DNA of 64,000 nucleotides, taken from positions 29,573-93,572 of the forward strand of contig CAYHGA010000001.1 in NCBI GenBank assembly GCA_964356225.1. Reading direction: 5' to 3'. Position numbers and translations under genes: made by a program. Positions 1-10,387 of the stretch are shown piece by piece (the first letter of the stretch is position 1; each line of letters opens with the position of its first letter). This stretch comes from an uncultured Gammaproteobacteria bacterium (lineage in GTDB: Bacteria; Patescibacteriota; Microgenomatia; CAZETR01; Amesbacteraceae). The notes beneath the pieces were generated by a model. That model saw only the letters and a program-made list of their open reading frames with translations. It ran no database searches and was not told where the DNA came from.

Positions 1-134
1 ATAGTTTCCGGCTTGGTGACTTCACCGTGGGACCAGGTTTTTATAATATCGGGGGAAGCCAGCTTAATTTGCAGACTGGTAAAGTCGAGGATGTTTTTGA
101 ACGAATCTTGATGGTCTATAGGTTTGGTGGTCAT
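1..134 (-). CDS. rpoC: RNA polymerase beta' subunit, N-terminal fragment (runs off window)
   Basis: Hand translation [45 protein letters not shown] has the RpoC LASP..I..WS.GEV.KPET motif; ATGA overlap with rpoB stop. Confidence 0.95.
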   Translation of the reverse strand, partial: MTTKPIDHQDSFKNILDFTSLQIKLASPDIIKTWSHGEVTKPET

Positions 135-3100
135 ATTTGAACTGGAACCGCGGTTTCTTCCGCGATGGGGGCTACTTTAAGCTGAACTCCCTGGGGAATA
201 ACTTGCAGACCTAAACTTTGAAGTTCTTTGACCAGGACGTTGAAAGATTCCGGGACTGAAGAACTGGGAATTTCCGTGCCTTTAACGATGGCCTCAAAGG
301 CTTTGGCCCGGCCGACAACATCGTCAGATTTAATGGTTAACATTTCCTGAAGAGTGGCGGCGGCTTTGTGGGCCTCCAGACCCCAGACTTCCATCTCTCC
401 GAGACGCTGGCCACCCATTTGGGCTTTACCTCCCAGGGGCTGTTGGGTGATTAGAGAATATGGACCGGTGGAGCGGGCATGAGTTTTATCCTCCACCATG
501 TGGGACAGTTTGAGAATGTAGCCAATACCAACTACAGTGGGCTGTTCATACGGAAGCCCTGTCCGGCCATCAATAAGAGTGGCTTTGCCGGAAACCGGTA
601 AACCGGCTTGGGTTAAGCTTTGAGCAATCTGGTCTTCGGAAACTCTTTCAAAAACCGGAACTGCAACTTTTTGGCCCAGCTTGGACATAGCCCAACCCAA
701 GCGAGCTTCCAAAAGCTGACCCAAGTTCATACGAGCTAAAACAGATAAAGGGGAAATCATGATGTCGACAGTGGTGCCGTCAGCCAGATGAGGCATGTCT
801 GCGACGGGGACAATTTTGCTGATGACGCCTTTGTTACCGTGACGGCCGGCGAGCTTATCACCGACGGTGATTTTTCTGATCTGGGCTACTTTAGTAATGA
901 CCCGTTTATGGGTGCCTGGAGGAAGTTCGTCTCCGGTGTCGCGATCGAGAATCTGAATGTCTACCACAATTCCCCGCTCGCCGTGAGGCATGCGGAGTGA
1001 GGTGTCGCGGACGTCGCGGGCTTTTTCCCCAAAAATGGCCCGGAGCAAGCGCTCTTCGGCCGAAAGTTCGGTTTCTCCCTTGGGAGCAATTTTTCCCACT
1101 AAAATGTCGTTGGGGCGGACTTCGGAACCGACGGTAACAATGCCGCCTTCGTCAAGATTGGCCAGATAGATTTCGCCAACATTGGGAATGTCGCGAGTTA
1201 ACTCTTCCGGTCCAAGTTTAGTATCCACTACGTCGGCTTCGTATTCTTCGATATGAATAGAGGTTAACAAGTCTTGAGTGACCAGCTTGTCGGAGATAAC
1301 TATGGCGTCTTCGTAACCTAACCCGTCAAAAGAAGTGTAGGCAATTACCAGATTTTGTCCTAAGGATAATTCTCCGCTGTCGGTAGCTGGTCCGTCGGCC
1401 AATAAAGTACCAGGGATAACTTTTTGTCCGGTAGTAACAACCGGTATTTGGTTGTAACAAGTGCTGTGAGAAGTGCGTTTGAATTTAGTGAGATTATAAG
1501 TCTGCAAATCTCCCTTAAATGAGATGGTTTCGGTGCTGGGAGGAAGAGGAGATTTTTTGGCTAGTTTGACAACAATTTTTTGAGCGTCGACGTAGGTAAC
1601 GACACCAGGAAGAGTGGCGTAGACGGCCCAATTCATAGCGGCGGCAACATCTTTTTCCATGCCAGTACCAACTACCGGGGCGGAGGGGCGGAGAAGAGGT
1701 ACGGCCTGGGATTGCATGTTGCTGCCCATGAGAGCCCGGTTGGCGGCGTCGTTGGCCAGGAAGGGAATTAGGGAAGCAGAGGTGCCGACTACCTGGCGGG
1801 CGACTACGTCTACAAAATCCACTTGGGAGGACGGTCCTTCTGTAAAAATGTTAGCGTGGCGAATGGGCAGCCATTCGTCCAAAATATAGCCCTTGGCGTC
1901 AAGTTGCAGGTCTGAATAGGAAATTTTATATTGTTCCTCGTCGTCCGCAGTCAAATAAACGATTTCATCGGTCACATGGCGCTTAACCACCCGGCGATAC
2001 GGAGCTTCTAAAAATCCATATTCGTTAACCCGGGAATACAAGGATAAGTACGTAATTAAGCCGATGTTTGGCCCTTCCGGAGAACGGACCGGGTCGATAC
2101 GGCTATATTGGGAGGCGTTGATGTCGCGGATGCTGAAAGAGGCCCGTTCGCGAGTAAGACCGCCGGGGCCGAAAACAGATAAACGGCGAAGGTGGTCTAT
2201 TTCGGATAAGGGATTGGTCTGATCTAAAATTTGGGAGAGCTGGGAGCTTCTAAAAAATTGATTGATGGCGGAAATGACCGGCCGGGCGTTAACCAACTGG
2301 GTAGGACTGACCAGCTCCTCGGTGGAAACTAAACTCATTTTTTCGCGGATGGCCCTCTCTAAACGCAGAAGTCCTTCACGCAGGGCAGTTGCGGCTACCA
2401 GCTCACCTACCCGGCGGATGCGGCGGTTGGCCAGGTGGTCGATATCGTCGGTTTTGCCCGTGCCTTGAGAGAGGCCGATCAGGTATTTGATAGTGGAGAC
2501 TAAGTCGTCGCGGGTCAGAACCCGGGAGTCGGAAACCGTGGCCAGACGCTTGTTGATTTTGTAGCGGCCGACTGTTCCCAGATCGTAGCGGCGGGGATTA
2601 AAAAACAAATCATAAAGAAGTTTTTGGGCGTTTTCTAAGACAATGGGTTCTCCGGGGCGCATTTTTTTATAAATCTCGATCAGGGCTTCTTCGACAGTTT
2701 TAGTGGTATCTTTGGCAACGGTGGCTTCTAAACCGAAAGGGAAGAGTTCGTCAGACAAACCCATGGCCCGGAGAATGGTGGTAGCTAAAAATTTGCGGCG
2801 GCGATCGACACGGATAGAAATTACGTCAGTTTTGGAGATTTCAAATTCCAGCCACGTGCCCCGAATCGGCCGTAGTTCTGCCGTGTATAGAAGCTTACCG
2901 GTAGCTGCGTCTAGCTCGGAGCCGAAGTAGACGCCAGGGGAACGAACTATCTGATTAACGACCGCCCGTTCGACGCCGTTAATAATAAATGTGCCCTGGG
3001 GAGTCATCTGAGGAATATCCCCTAAAAAAACCTCCGAGAGGCTAGTTTTGTTGGTTTGCTTGTTGAGAAGCTTGGTATGGATACGGAGAGCGGAAGAATA

Positions 3101-3340
3101 AGTCAGACCTTTGCGCTCGGCCTGGAGTGGAGAGAGAGTAGGTTTCTCGACGGAATATTGACCAAACTCCAGCAGCCAGTTTTTACCCGTAAAATCTTCG
3201 ATGGGGGAAATTTCGGCAATAGCTTCTCCAATGCCGACACTAATAAACCACTGCCATGAATCGAGTTGGATCCGGGTCAAATTGAGGGGAGGTAGGCGGG
3301 CGGATTCCTGTCCCCAGATAAGACGGTGAGATACTGGCAT
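131..3340 (-). CDS. rpoB: RNA polymerase beta subunit
   Basis: Motifs [34 protein letters not shown]. Confidence 0.99.
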   Translation of the reverse strand: MPVSHRLIWGQESARLPPLNLTRIQLDSWQWFISVGIGEAIAEISPIEDFTGKNWLLEFGQYSVEKPTLSPLQAERKGLTYSSALRIHTKLLNKQTNKTSLSEVFLGDIPQMTPQGTFIINGVERAVVNQIVRSPGVYFGSELDAATGKLLYTAELRPIRGTWLEFEISKTDVISIRVDRRRKFLATTILRAMGLSDELFPFGLEATVAKDTTKTVEEALIEIYKKMRPGEPIVLENAQKLLYDLFFNPRRYDLGTVGRYKINKRLATVSDSRVLTRDDLVSTIKYLIGLSQGTGKTDDIDHLANRRIRRVGELVAATALREGLLRLERAIREKMSLVSTEELVSPTQLVNARPVISAINQFFRSSQLSQILDQTNPLSEIDHLRRLSVFGPGGLTRERASFSIRDINASQYSRIDPVRSPEGPNIGLITYLSLYSRVNEYGFLEAPYRRVVKRHVTDEIVYLTADDEEQYKISYSDLQLDAKGYILDEWLPIRHANIFTEGPSSQVDFVDVVARQVVGTSASLIPFLANDAANRALMGSNMQSQAVPLLRPSAPVVGTGMEKDVAAAMNWAVYATLPGVVTYVDAQKIVVKLAKKSPLPPSTETISFKGDLQTYNLTKFKRTSHSTCYNQIPVVTTGQKVIPGTLLADGPATDSGELSLGQNLVIAYTSFDGLGYEDAIVISDKLVTQDLLTSIHIEEYEADVVDTKLGPEELTRDIPNVGEIYLANLDEGGIVTVGSEVRPNDILVGKIAPKGETELSAEERLLRAIFGEKARDVRDTSLRMPHGERGIVVDIQILDRDTGDELPPGTHKRVITKVAQIRKITVGDKLAGRHGNKGVISKIVPVADMPHLADGTTVDIMISPLSVLARMNLGQLLEARLGWAMSKLGQKVAVPVFERVSEDQIAQSLTQAGLPVSGKATLIDGRTGLPYEQPTVVGIGYILKLSHMVEDKTHARSTGPYSLITQQPLGGKAQMGGQRLGEMEVWGLEAHKAAATLQEMLTIKSDDVVGRAKAFEAIVKGTEIPSSSVPESFNVLVKELQSLGLQVIPQGVQLKVAPIAEETAVPVQI

Positions 3341-3357
3341 TTGCTTCCCTGTAGCGC

Positions 3358-3435
3358 AAAAAGCCCCTCCGGTATCTCTACCGCTTGGGGTTTCTAAGCT
3401 GAGTCGACTTTATCAGCGGGTCAGATATTTGTCAA
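3358..3435 (-). promoter_or_regulatory. sigma70-type promoter for rpoB plus a leader hairpin with U-tract
   Basis: TTGACA (3435-3430)-17 nt-TAAAGT (3412-3407), then CCCC-AAG-CGGTA-GAGA-TACCG-GA-GGGG-CTTTTT before the ATG. Confidence 0.65.
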
Positions 3436-4324
3436 TATTCAAATTGTGTTCCTCTATTGTGGCAGCGAAATGAGTGGTGCCGTCGGGGGCGTGCAGGTAA
3501 AACCAATAAGGTGTGTTTTGGGGATGGCGGGCGGCTTCAATTGAAGCTAAGCCGGGGTTGGCGATGGGAGTAGGCGGCAGGCCGGTATGGATGTAAGTAT
3601 TATAAAGAGAGGGATAGCGGGTATCGGTGACGGGGGACCAGTCGCCATAAGCATATTGAACAGTGGCGTCTATTTGAAGAGGCCAACCAGCTTTGAGGCG
3701 TTTGAGAAGAATTCCGGCTACGATGGGACGATCGACGGCTGTTTTGGTCTCCCGTTCGACTAAGGAAGCCAAGATGAGAGTGCTGGTATCAATGGGGCCA
3801 ATTTTACGATTAAAGGTGGTGGTCATGGTGTTTACGATATCCGCAGGAGCGGCATAGGTAGGAATGAGGTAGGTATCAGGAAAAAGACGGCCTTCGAGGG
3901 TGGCGGTGAGAGATAAAAAATTGGCGGTCTCAAAATTTTCTAAGCTGGAAGCCAGGCGGGCGGCAATTTGTTCCCGGCGCCAGCCTTCAGGAAAAGTCAC
4001 CCAGATATCCCGGGGGCCGGATGTTAAAGAGGTGAGAAGATTTTTGAGATCGGTGGTGGGGGAAAGAAGGTAGGTGCCGGGTTTGATTTTTTTGTCCAAA
4101 CCGGAAAACACAAAATATATTTTGGCTACCTGGGGAGAGCGGATAAATTTTTGTTCAAATAGGGCTTGAGAGATGGCCGAAGCTGATTGATTGGAAGCAA
4201 TGATAAACGGGCGGGTTTGGTCAGAAGCGGGATTTAGAGGAGAAAGCTGGCGGGTCCACCAGACAAAGCCCAAAAGCGATGTTAAAGCGAGAAGGACGAA
4301 CAAACTGGCCAGGAGTTTCACCAC
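3413..4324 (-). CDS. mltG: Endolytic transglycosylase MltG (YceG family)
   Basis: N-terminal TM, LEGRLFPDTY, ASLVERE, LQIDATVQY, GLPPTPIANPG; GTG start at 4324 after GAGGAGG preferred over the track start. Confidence 0.93.
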   Translation of the reverse strand: MVKLLASLFVLLALTSLLGFVWWTRQLSPLNPASDQTRPFIIASNQSASAISQALFEQKFIRSPQVAKIYFVFSGLDKKIKPGTYLLSPTTDLKNLLTSLTSGPRDIWVTFPEGWRREQIAARLASSLENFETANFLSLTATLEGRLFPDTYLIPTYAAPADIVNTMTTTFNRKIGPIDTSTLILASLVERETKTAVDRPIVAGILLKRLKAGWPLQIDATVQYAYGDWSPVTDTRYPSLYNTYIHTGLPPTPIANPGLASIEAARHPQNTPYWFYLHAPDGTTHFAATIEEHNLNIDKYLTR

Positions 4325-4325
4325 C

Positions 4326-4526
4326 CTAGACCTCCTCGAACAAGGCCCGACGGTATTTGCCAGTTTCTGTTTCTTTGATAAAAATGCGGCCGCATTTTTT
4401 ACACACGATTTTGGTGCCACTGGTGTGCTTTACGGACTTGCCGAGAACCAGATCTGTGCCGCAGCCTACACAACGGCCCTGGGAGAGAAGCCAAGCTTGG
4501 ACCGGAGCAATGACGTTTTTAAACAT
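4326..4526 (-). CDS. Small putative zinc-ribbon protein
   Basis: 66 aa with CVGC and CKKC pairs; fits between yqgF and mltG; TAAAGT 7 nt before ATG. Confidence 0.75.
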   Translation of the reverse strand: MFKNVIAPVQAWLLSQGRCVGCGTDLVLGKSVKHTSGTKIVCKKCGRIFIKETETGKYRRALFEEV

Positions 4527-4545
4527 CAAGGTGACTTTAACTGTT

Positions 4546-4890
4546 TTACAGTTTTGAGTCAAGCCAACCTTGCAAAATGACGGCGGCGGAGACTGCGTGT
4601 TCAGAAAGACGGCGTTTTTTTTGCGAGGTGTGTAATAAAGATTGGCGGGCGTCGTGAGATGAAAGAGTTTCGTCGGCTTGATGTACGACTGCTAAATCAG
4701 ATAATTTATCCAAAAAAATTTCCGGACAGTCCCCGACTACAATGCTGTCGATATTATGTTCATTAATCAATAGTTTAATTGACTGAAGTGCTTTTTCGGT
4801 TTTGATAGTTGTTAAAGGTTCGGCTAACGGCCCGGTGGCCAACGCCACTCCGGTCCTAACCGCTCCATAATCAATCCCCAAGTAATTCAT
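4546..4890 (-). CDS. yqgF: YqgF/RuvX family pre-16S rRNA nuclease
   Basis: YLGIDYGAVRTGVA, DETLSS, SAAVILQGWLD. Confidence 0.9.
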   Translation of the reverse strand: MNYLGIDYGAVRTGVALATGPLAEPLTTIKTEKALQSIKLLINEHNIDSIVVGDCPEIFLDKLSDLAVVHQADETLSSHDARQSLLHTSQKKRRLSEHAVSAAVILQGWLDSKL

Positions 4891-4921
4891 ACACAAATTA
4901 TACTCTATAAGTTATTAGTAA

Positions 4922-4957
4922 CTCACCCCCATCCCCTCTCTTAATCTAAGAGAGGGG
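4922..4957. repeat. REP-like palindrome, type A
   Basis: CTCACCC lead then CCCCTCTCTTA-ATC-TAAGAGAGGGG (perfect 11-bp stem); related copy inside infB. Confidence 0.8.
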
Positions 4958-5001
4958 CGTTACTTTTAATTTACTAATCCAGCACGGGCAGTAACTAGTG
5001 A

Positions 5002-5080
5002 AATCCCACCTGAAAGGTGGAATCGATACCAGCTTATTAAGCGCTGGAGAAAATAATGTTCCACCTAAGAGGTGGAACAT
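5002..5080. repeat. Pair of REP-like palindromes, type B
   Basis: AATCCCACCT-GAA-AGGTGGAAT and ATGTTCCACCT-AAG-AGGTGGAACAT; same core at 51702-51724. Confidence 0.8.
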
Positions 5081-5084
5081 ACAA

Positions 5085-5735
5085 TTAATTTACCAGTTCG
5101 GCGCGGGCGACGAAGCGGCGGAGGTAGGTGCCCAGGGGGACGCAAGTGATAAGGGTGAGCTCGTTTTTATCATAGCGCTGGGCCAGGACTTCGATTTGGG
5201 AAGGGTCGACTTCGGTAGTGTTGCGCACTACATATTTATAGGTCACGCCGTCGTATTGGATGGTAATGGCATCGCCGACTTTAATTTTGGGGAGAGGATT
5301 AAAAATGGAAATGGGGTCATTAGGTTTGTAGAGAGCGGGTAAAGTAGAATGGCCAAAAATAACGGTGTTGCCATAATCTCCAGGAAGGGCCGTGCCAGAA
5401 AAGTGAATGGCATTTTTTTTCAAATCTGTGCCATTGATTTCTACAGGAACATCGCGAAGACCGAGCTTGGGTATAGATAGTGTGTAGTAGCGGACGCGGC
5501 TGACAGTGGGAGTAGAACTGGAAGCAGGAAACCAGGTGGTGGATTGAGTGTAATCTGGAGTGGTGATTCCTAAAACGCTGGCGACAAAAGGTACCGGAAC
5601 CAGGGCAACAGCAGTGGGATCTAAGAGGCGGGGACGAAGACTGAAACTCAACTGAGAAAGGCCAATGGGAACGATGACGCTGACAAGGAGAACTAAACCC
5701 ACTACTACAAGAGAGAGGGAGAGAAAACGGCGCAT
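5085..5735 (-). CDS. Sortase (class D/E-like)
   Basis: N-terminal TM; catalytic His (FGHS), LTLITC and downstream Arg. Confidence 0.92.
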   Translation of the reverse strand: MRRFLSLSLVVVGLVLLVSVIVPIGLSQLSFSLRPRLLDPTAVALVPVPFVASVLGITTPDYTQSTTWFPASSSTPTVSRVRYYTLSIPKLGLRDVPVEINGTDLKKNAIHFSGTALPGDYGNTVIFGHSTLPALYKPNDPISIFNPLPKIKVGDAITIQYDGVTYKYVVRNTTEVDPSQIEVLAQRYDKNELTLITCVPLGTYLRRFVARAELVN

Positions 5736-7819
5736 TATTTTAGAGAACGGACGGAGACAGTAATGTGCTTAGACAAGCGGGGCAGTGTGGCTATAAAGGC
5801 GGGAAGCCGGGGAGAAATCAGAATATCAATCTGACCGACAGCGGGTAAGGATTGGAGATATTCTTTAGCCCGAACCGGATATTTGCCAGCTATGTCTTTG
5901 GCGATTTGGGCTGTGTCTACTTGAGGCAGAAGCTGGGCAGTCACCCGGACCTGAAAAGTGACGGTGTTTTTGTCGGCTTTTTTAACAGTCATGCTTTGGG
6001 AGACGTCGGTATCAAAAACATAACCTGTGGGAATTTGCGGATTGACCTGGGCATCAACAATAGACTGGAGGTCTGATTTAGAGACCACCAGTCCGCGGGC
6101 TGTGGCCGAGAGTTTAAGAGAGACGTTGTCTGCCTCTTCCTCTACTTTGTGACTAAAGTTTTCGGACGTTGACTGAAGACTAATTGATTCGGTGATAAGC
6201 TGCTGATCGGCGCTTACTTTTTGGGTGAGCTGATCCCGGCCAAGGTTTTTTAAAGTGTCGGTCAAATCAGAACGGAGCTTGGCGACGTCGTCTTTGGCAA
6301 CTACTTTGGCTTGGCGGCTGGTGCCGCCAGAAATCGCGGCTTCGTTCTTAGCCGCAGTTTCGTTTTCAGCATAAGTGCCGACTTTAAAAACTGTTCCTGC
6401 GGACAGATTAGAGTCCCCTCCAATCTGGACTGCGGTGATCTTGGCGACGGCCTTGGCAGGTTGGAGATTAAAAACATCGCCGCTTCCCGAGGCCACAGTA
6501 ATCGTTTCGTCTAGAACAAACTTCAACCCGGAAGGAGAGGTAAGAATGGTTCCGGCGGGAAGGGAGCGGGCTGTTTTGACATTGTTGGCAACAGAGACGG
6601 CTCCGGTAGCCTTGTCACCCACCAATTTGGATCCGGTGGTGGGGACGGATTTTTCGGCAGATACGGCAGTCTCTAAATTATCTGCAGGTAAATCCTTTCC
6701 ACCTGCTATTAATTCAAACTGGTGCTCCAGATTTTTGGGGGTGACAAACAGGATAACTTCAGCTTTGGGTAAGTACCAGTAAGCTGCGCCCAATCCGCCG
6801 ACGATGGCAAGAAACGCAAACACAGAAACGAGCGCCAGTGCAGAAAAATTGAGGTGAATTTTTGGCAAGTGAATTGCGGGAAATTTAAACTTGGGTTTGG
6901 GTGGGAGAACTACCGGAACAGGTTCCGGTTCTGGGGGAGGCGGAGGTGAAGATTGGACGGCTATATCTAGATCCTGAACAAAGCCTAGATCTGCGGCTGA
7001 ATGGGTAGATTCGGAAGGGACCTCTGTTTCGGCTTCATTAGGATTAATAAGACCGGTGGCCCGGGCGACTTCTGACCCGCCGGAAAGGGCGATGGCCCGG
7101 ATGCTGAAATCAGCGGGTAAAATCTCTACCTTGGGGAAATGAAGGAAAGGTAGATGTTTTTGGGGAGACTGCCAGGGATGAGCTAAAAGCAGTTGCTTGA
7201 TTTCTTCCAGATCTATGCCGGAATCGTACAAAAGCATGCGGGAAGGAAGCATGTCTATATCGGAAAAACGGGAAAGGCCTTCGACTACATCGTCGGCCAA
7301 ATGAGAACTTTTTTGCACCAGATGAGTACCGTCAATTTTGCCTAATCTGACCAGAGTAATTTCCAATGCATGCGGCCAAAACCCAATGAGGATAATGGTG
7401 GGGGGAACGCCTTCGGTGGATTGGAGATATTTGGTAGCAGCTTCGGGAGTAACTACAAATCCTACCGGGACTAAATCCAATTTTTCGGAGAGGGCCTTAA
7501 GGAGATGAAGCTGGGAAGAAGAAATCTTGTCTACCCCAACCCAATCGGCAGGCAGACCAAAGATAACTTTGTGAATTTCTACTTTACCGGAGGGGTCGAG
7601 ATGGGAAGACGCGTCGGAGAGGGCGGCGTCGGCGGCAGTGATAAGAGAGTTTTCGGCTTTATCATCCCATGGCTGGTTGCTACTGACAGCCAAGACCTGG
7701 GGTTTGTCGTTGATGACTGACCAGACAGCGCTTTTGACTAAACCATGATCGATTTCTAAAGCGAAAAAATATTCCCGGGAAGATGAGTTTTCGTTTTTTT
7801 TAAGAAAGGGCAGTTGCAT
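5735..7819 (-). CDS. Membrane protein: actin/FtsA-like N-domain, Pro-rich linker, one TM, baseplate-J-like outer region
   Basis: FFALEID N-terminal strand, poly-Pro linker, TM, then GAVSVAN..LPAGT..G..F and GGDSNL..ISGG pattern recalled from baseplate-J-like proteins; TAATG-coupled to the sortase. Confidence 0.6.
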   Translation of the reverse strand: MQLPFLKKNENSSSREYFFALEIDHGLVKSAVWSVINDKPQVLAVSSNQPWDDKAENSLITAADAALSDASSHLDPSGKVEIHKVIFGLPADWVGVDKISSSQLHLLKALSEKLDLVPVGFVVTPEAATKYLQSTEGVPPTIILIGFWPHALEITLVRLGKIDGTHLVQKSSHLADDVVEGLSRFSDIDMLPSRMLLYDSGIDLEEIKQLLLAHPWQSPQKHLPFLHFPKVEILPADFSIRAIALSGGSEVARATGLINPNEAETEVPSESTHSAADLGFVQDLDIAVQSSPPPPPEPEPVPVVLPPKPKFKFPAIHLPKIHLNFSALALVSVFAFLAIVGGLGAAYWYLPKAEVILFVTPKNLEHQFELIAGGKDLPADNLETAVSAEKSVPTTGSKLVGDKATGAVSVANNVKTARSLPAGTILTSPSGLKFVLDETITVASGSGDVFNLQPAKAVAKITAVQIGGDSNLSAGTVFKVGTYAENETAAKNEAAISGGTSRQAKVVAKDDVAKLRSDLTDTLKNLGRDQLTQKVSADQQLITESISLQSTSENFSHKVEEEADNVSLKLSATARGLVVSKSDLQSIVDAQVNPQIPTGYVFDTDVSQSMTVKKADKNTVTFQVRVTAQLLPQVDTAQIAKDIAGKYPVRAKEYLQSLPAVGQIDILISPRLPAFIATLPRLSKHITVSVRSLK

Positions 7820-9551
7820 AGATGCGGCGGACGCCAGCCGATACCGCTTCCTGGCGGGTTATCTTTATCCTACCAATTTCCCCCGTGGATTGCACATGAG
7901 GACCGCCGCACAGCTCTTTGGAAAAGTCGCCGATAGTGTAAACAGAAGTCATTTCCGGGTATTTTTCCGGGAAAAAGGCCATGGCGCCTTCGGCCAAAGC
8001 TTGAGATTTTTGCATTTCTTTTCTTGATACTGGAATATTGGCATCAATTTTTTCGTTTATTAAATCCTGAACTTTTTTAATTTCTTCTTCAGAAAGTTTT
8101 TGGGGATGCAAAAAATCAAACCGCAATCTCTCTGCTGTAATATTGCTGCCCTTTTGGGAAACGTGAGCTCCTAATACTTGACGTAGAGCTGCGTGCAGTA
8201 AATGAGTGGCGGTATGATATTTGGTAGCTATTTCAGAGTGATCTACTAATCCCCCCTTAAACATTCCCGCCGAAGCCGTACGTGAGAGTTCTTGGTGTTT
8301 ATTAAATTCTTTTTGAAATTCTGACCGATTAATTTCATTTCCTTTTTCTTTAGCTAATTCAGCTGTCAATTCCCAGGGGAAACCGAATGTTTGAAATAGA
8401 TCGAAAGCGATTTTGCCATCAACCAATTTTAATTTATTAAACTCTCTTAATCCGCGATCTAAAGTTTTTTCAAATTTACCAATTTCTTCTTGAAGGATAC
8501 GATGTATAAGAGATTTGTGGGTTAATAATTCTGGATAAAGCGGTGACATTAGGGAAACAAATACGTCGACGAGGTCGCTGGCGGCAGAAACATAAGATTT
8601 AATTCCCAATCTGTTTAATTGAAGTGTCGCCCGGCGAATGAGCCGCCGGAGAATATACCCCCGCTCTTTATTTGAGGGAGTTACGCTGTCACAAATTACA
8701 AATGCGGTGGCTCGGATATGATCAGCAATAATACGAAAAGATTTTTCATTTCTTAAATATTGCCGGTTTGAAAGTTGAGAAATTTTTTGAATTGCGGGCT
8801 GCCAAAGTTCGGTCAGATAGTCATCGTCTAGTCCGTTAACCACAGCTAGTGTTCGTTCCAATCCCATACCAGTGTCGACATTGGGTTGGGGAAGTTTTTC
8901 AAATTCACCCTTGGCATTTTTGTTGTATTGCATAAAGACATCGTTCCAAATTTCGGAAAAGCGGCCACAAGAACAGCCAGGTTTGCAACCTGGTCCGTGA
9001 GGTTTTTGGGTTATATCGTAATACATTTCAGTGTCTGGGCCACACGGGCCGGTAGCTCCAACTGGTCCCCACCAATTGTCTTTTTTAGGATAAAAGAAAA
9101 TTCTCTCATCGGGAATTCCCAGAGATTTCCAGATTTCGGCTGACTCGATATCTTTGGGCGCATCTTGATCCCCAGCAAAGCAGGTAATGTAAATTCTGTT
9201 GGGATCCAAATTTAACTCCTTGGTAAGAAACTCGTAGGACCAGGCAATGGCCTCTTTCTTGAAATAGTCTCCCAAAGACCAGTTACCCAACATCTCAAAA
9301 AAGGTGTGGTGAATTGTATCCCCTACCTCATCGATATCATCAGTGCGCAAACATTTTTGGACATCAACAAGTCGTTTTCCGGCTGGGTGGAGTTGGCCTA
9401 AAAGATATGGGACCAGAGGGTGCATGCCAGCGGTGGTAAAAAGAACCGAGGGATCGTTTTCGGGAACCAGGGGGGCGGAGGGAACTTCTACGTGTCCCCG
9501 GTCTTTAAAAAACTTCAGATATTTTTGCCTAATTTCGTTGGCTGTAATCAT
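7800..9551 (-). CDS. alaS: Alanyl-tRNA synthetase, short form lacking C-Ala
   Basis: HHTFFEMLGNWS, VDTGMGLER, editing-domain HTATH and ELCGGPHV; ends after GVRRI. Confidence 0.97.
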   Translation of the reverse strand: MITANEIRQKYLKFFKDRGHVEVPSAPLVPENDPSVLFTTAGMHPLVPYLLGQLHPAGKRLVDVQKCLRTDDIDEVGDTIHHTFFEMLGNWSLGDYFKKEAIAWSYEFLTKELNLDPNRIYITCFAGDQDAPKDIESAEIWKSLGIPDERIFFYPKKDNWWGPVGATGPCGPDTEMYYDITQKPHGPGCKPGCSCGRFSEIWNDVFMQYNKNAKGEFEKLPQPNVDTGMGLERTLAVVNGLDDDYLTELWQPAIQKISQLSNRQYLRNEKSFRIIADHIRATAFVICDSVTPSNKERGYILRRLIRRATLQLNRLGIKSYVSAASDLVDVFVSLMSPLYPELLTHKSLIHRILQEEIGKFEKTLDRGLREFNKLKLVDGKIAFDLFQTFGFPWELTAELAKEKGNEINRSEFQKEFNKHQELSRTASAGMFKGGLVDHSEIATKYHTATHLLHAALRQVLGAHVSQKGSNITAERLRFDFLHPQKLSEEEIKKVQDLINEKIDANIPVSRKEMQKSQALAEGAMAFFPEKYPEMTSVYTIGDFSKELCGGPHVQSTGEIGRIKITRQEAVSAGVRRIYATALS

Positions 9552-9634
9552 ACCCCTATTTTACATCAACGCTCCCAATAACTCCCTCTTACTCTCCGCA
9601 TAGCTTAATGAATAACTATGATTAGATTTACTAA

Positions 9635-10387
9635 TTAACTCAATACGTAATCCAGTTGACTTGCAATTACTTTATTGAAATCCTGCAAAAATTGGCTTAG
9701 AAAAACTTTGGATTCAACGAGAGGAAAGAGATCATTGTAGACAAATTGGGGATCTACTAAACCGACTTTGGTTTTCACCAAGTCCCGTATTTCCGAAAGA
9801 GTCTTTTTTTCTAAAAGGGACATCAATTGTTTGATATTTGGTTTGAGCGAATAGCCGGTTTTGGCAGAAAGCTGAAGTAACCAATATATGTCGAAAACAT
9901 CCCGTCCTTTAAACGGAATTTTTTGAAACTTACCCTTGAAAAAATTTCTATTTAAAAATGCAACTATCTTATTGGCGTAAAGAGTGGGCAGATCATAAGT
10001 ATTGACAAAAAATTGACGGTTATCAGCTGTAATTAAGCTTTTTTGTACATGATATTCTTTAGTAGTAATTTTTGAAAAATCACATCTCACAAAAATATTG
10101 TCAGGAAATTTTACAAACACGGTCGCATTATTACCGGATATCTTAGTTCCGGCTGATAGATATTTACCAAGATCTTTGGCAAACGTCTGAATATCAAATG
10201 ACGTGCTTGCCGGAATATCAAAATCCAAATCTTCAGACAAACGGTTTAAACCATACACTTTACGCAAACAGGTCCCACCGGTAAAGACTAACCTGTTATA
10301 AATCCCATCGTTATATACAAAATTTAGAATCTCGTCTTGCCAACGTTCCTTTATTAGATTCCTCTGATAAGTATTATCGTCGCTCAT
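9635..10387 (-). CDS. AbiEii-family nucleotidyltransferase toxin (type IV TA)
   Basis: FTGGTCL..YGLNRLSEDLDF, KGRDVFD. Confidence 0.88.
   Translation of the reverse strand: MSDDNTYQRNLIKERWQDEILNFVYNDGIYNRLVFTGGTCLRKVYGLNRLSEDLDFDIPASTSFDIQTFAKDLGKYLSAGTKISGNNATVFVKFPDNIFVRCDFSKITTKEYHVQKSLITADNRQFFVNTYDLPTLYANKIVAFLNRNFFKGKFQKIPFKGRDVFDIYWLLQLSAKTGYSLKPNIKQLMSLLEKKTLSEIRDLVKTKVGLVDPQFVYNDLFPLVESKVFLSQFLQDFNKVIASQLDYVLS

Noticed and set aside
5735-7819. Prophage or tailocin suggested by the baseplate-J-like region
   Set aside because: No other phage structural, integrase or lysis genes; the gene is embedded in a housekeeping run and has a TM
9552-9634. Weak hairpins upstream of alaS as a possible T-box
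   Set aside because: Too short, no T-box consensus, and a -10 lies 5 nt before the alaS ATG
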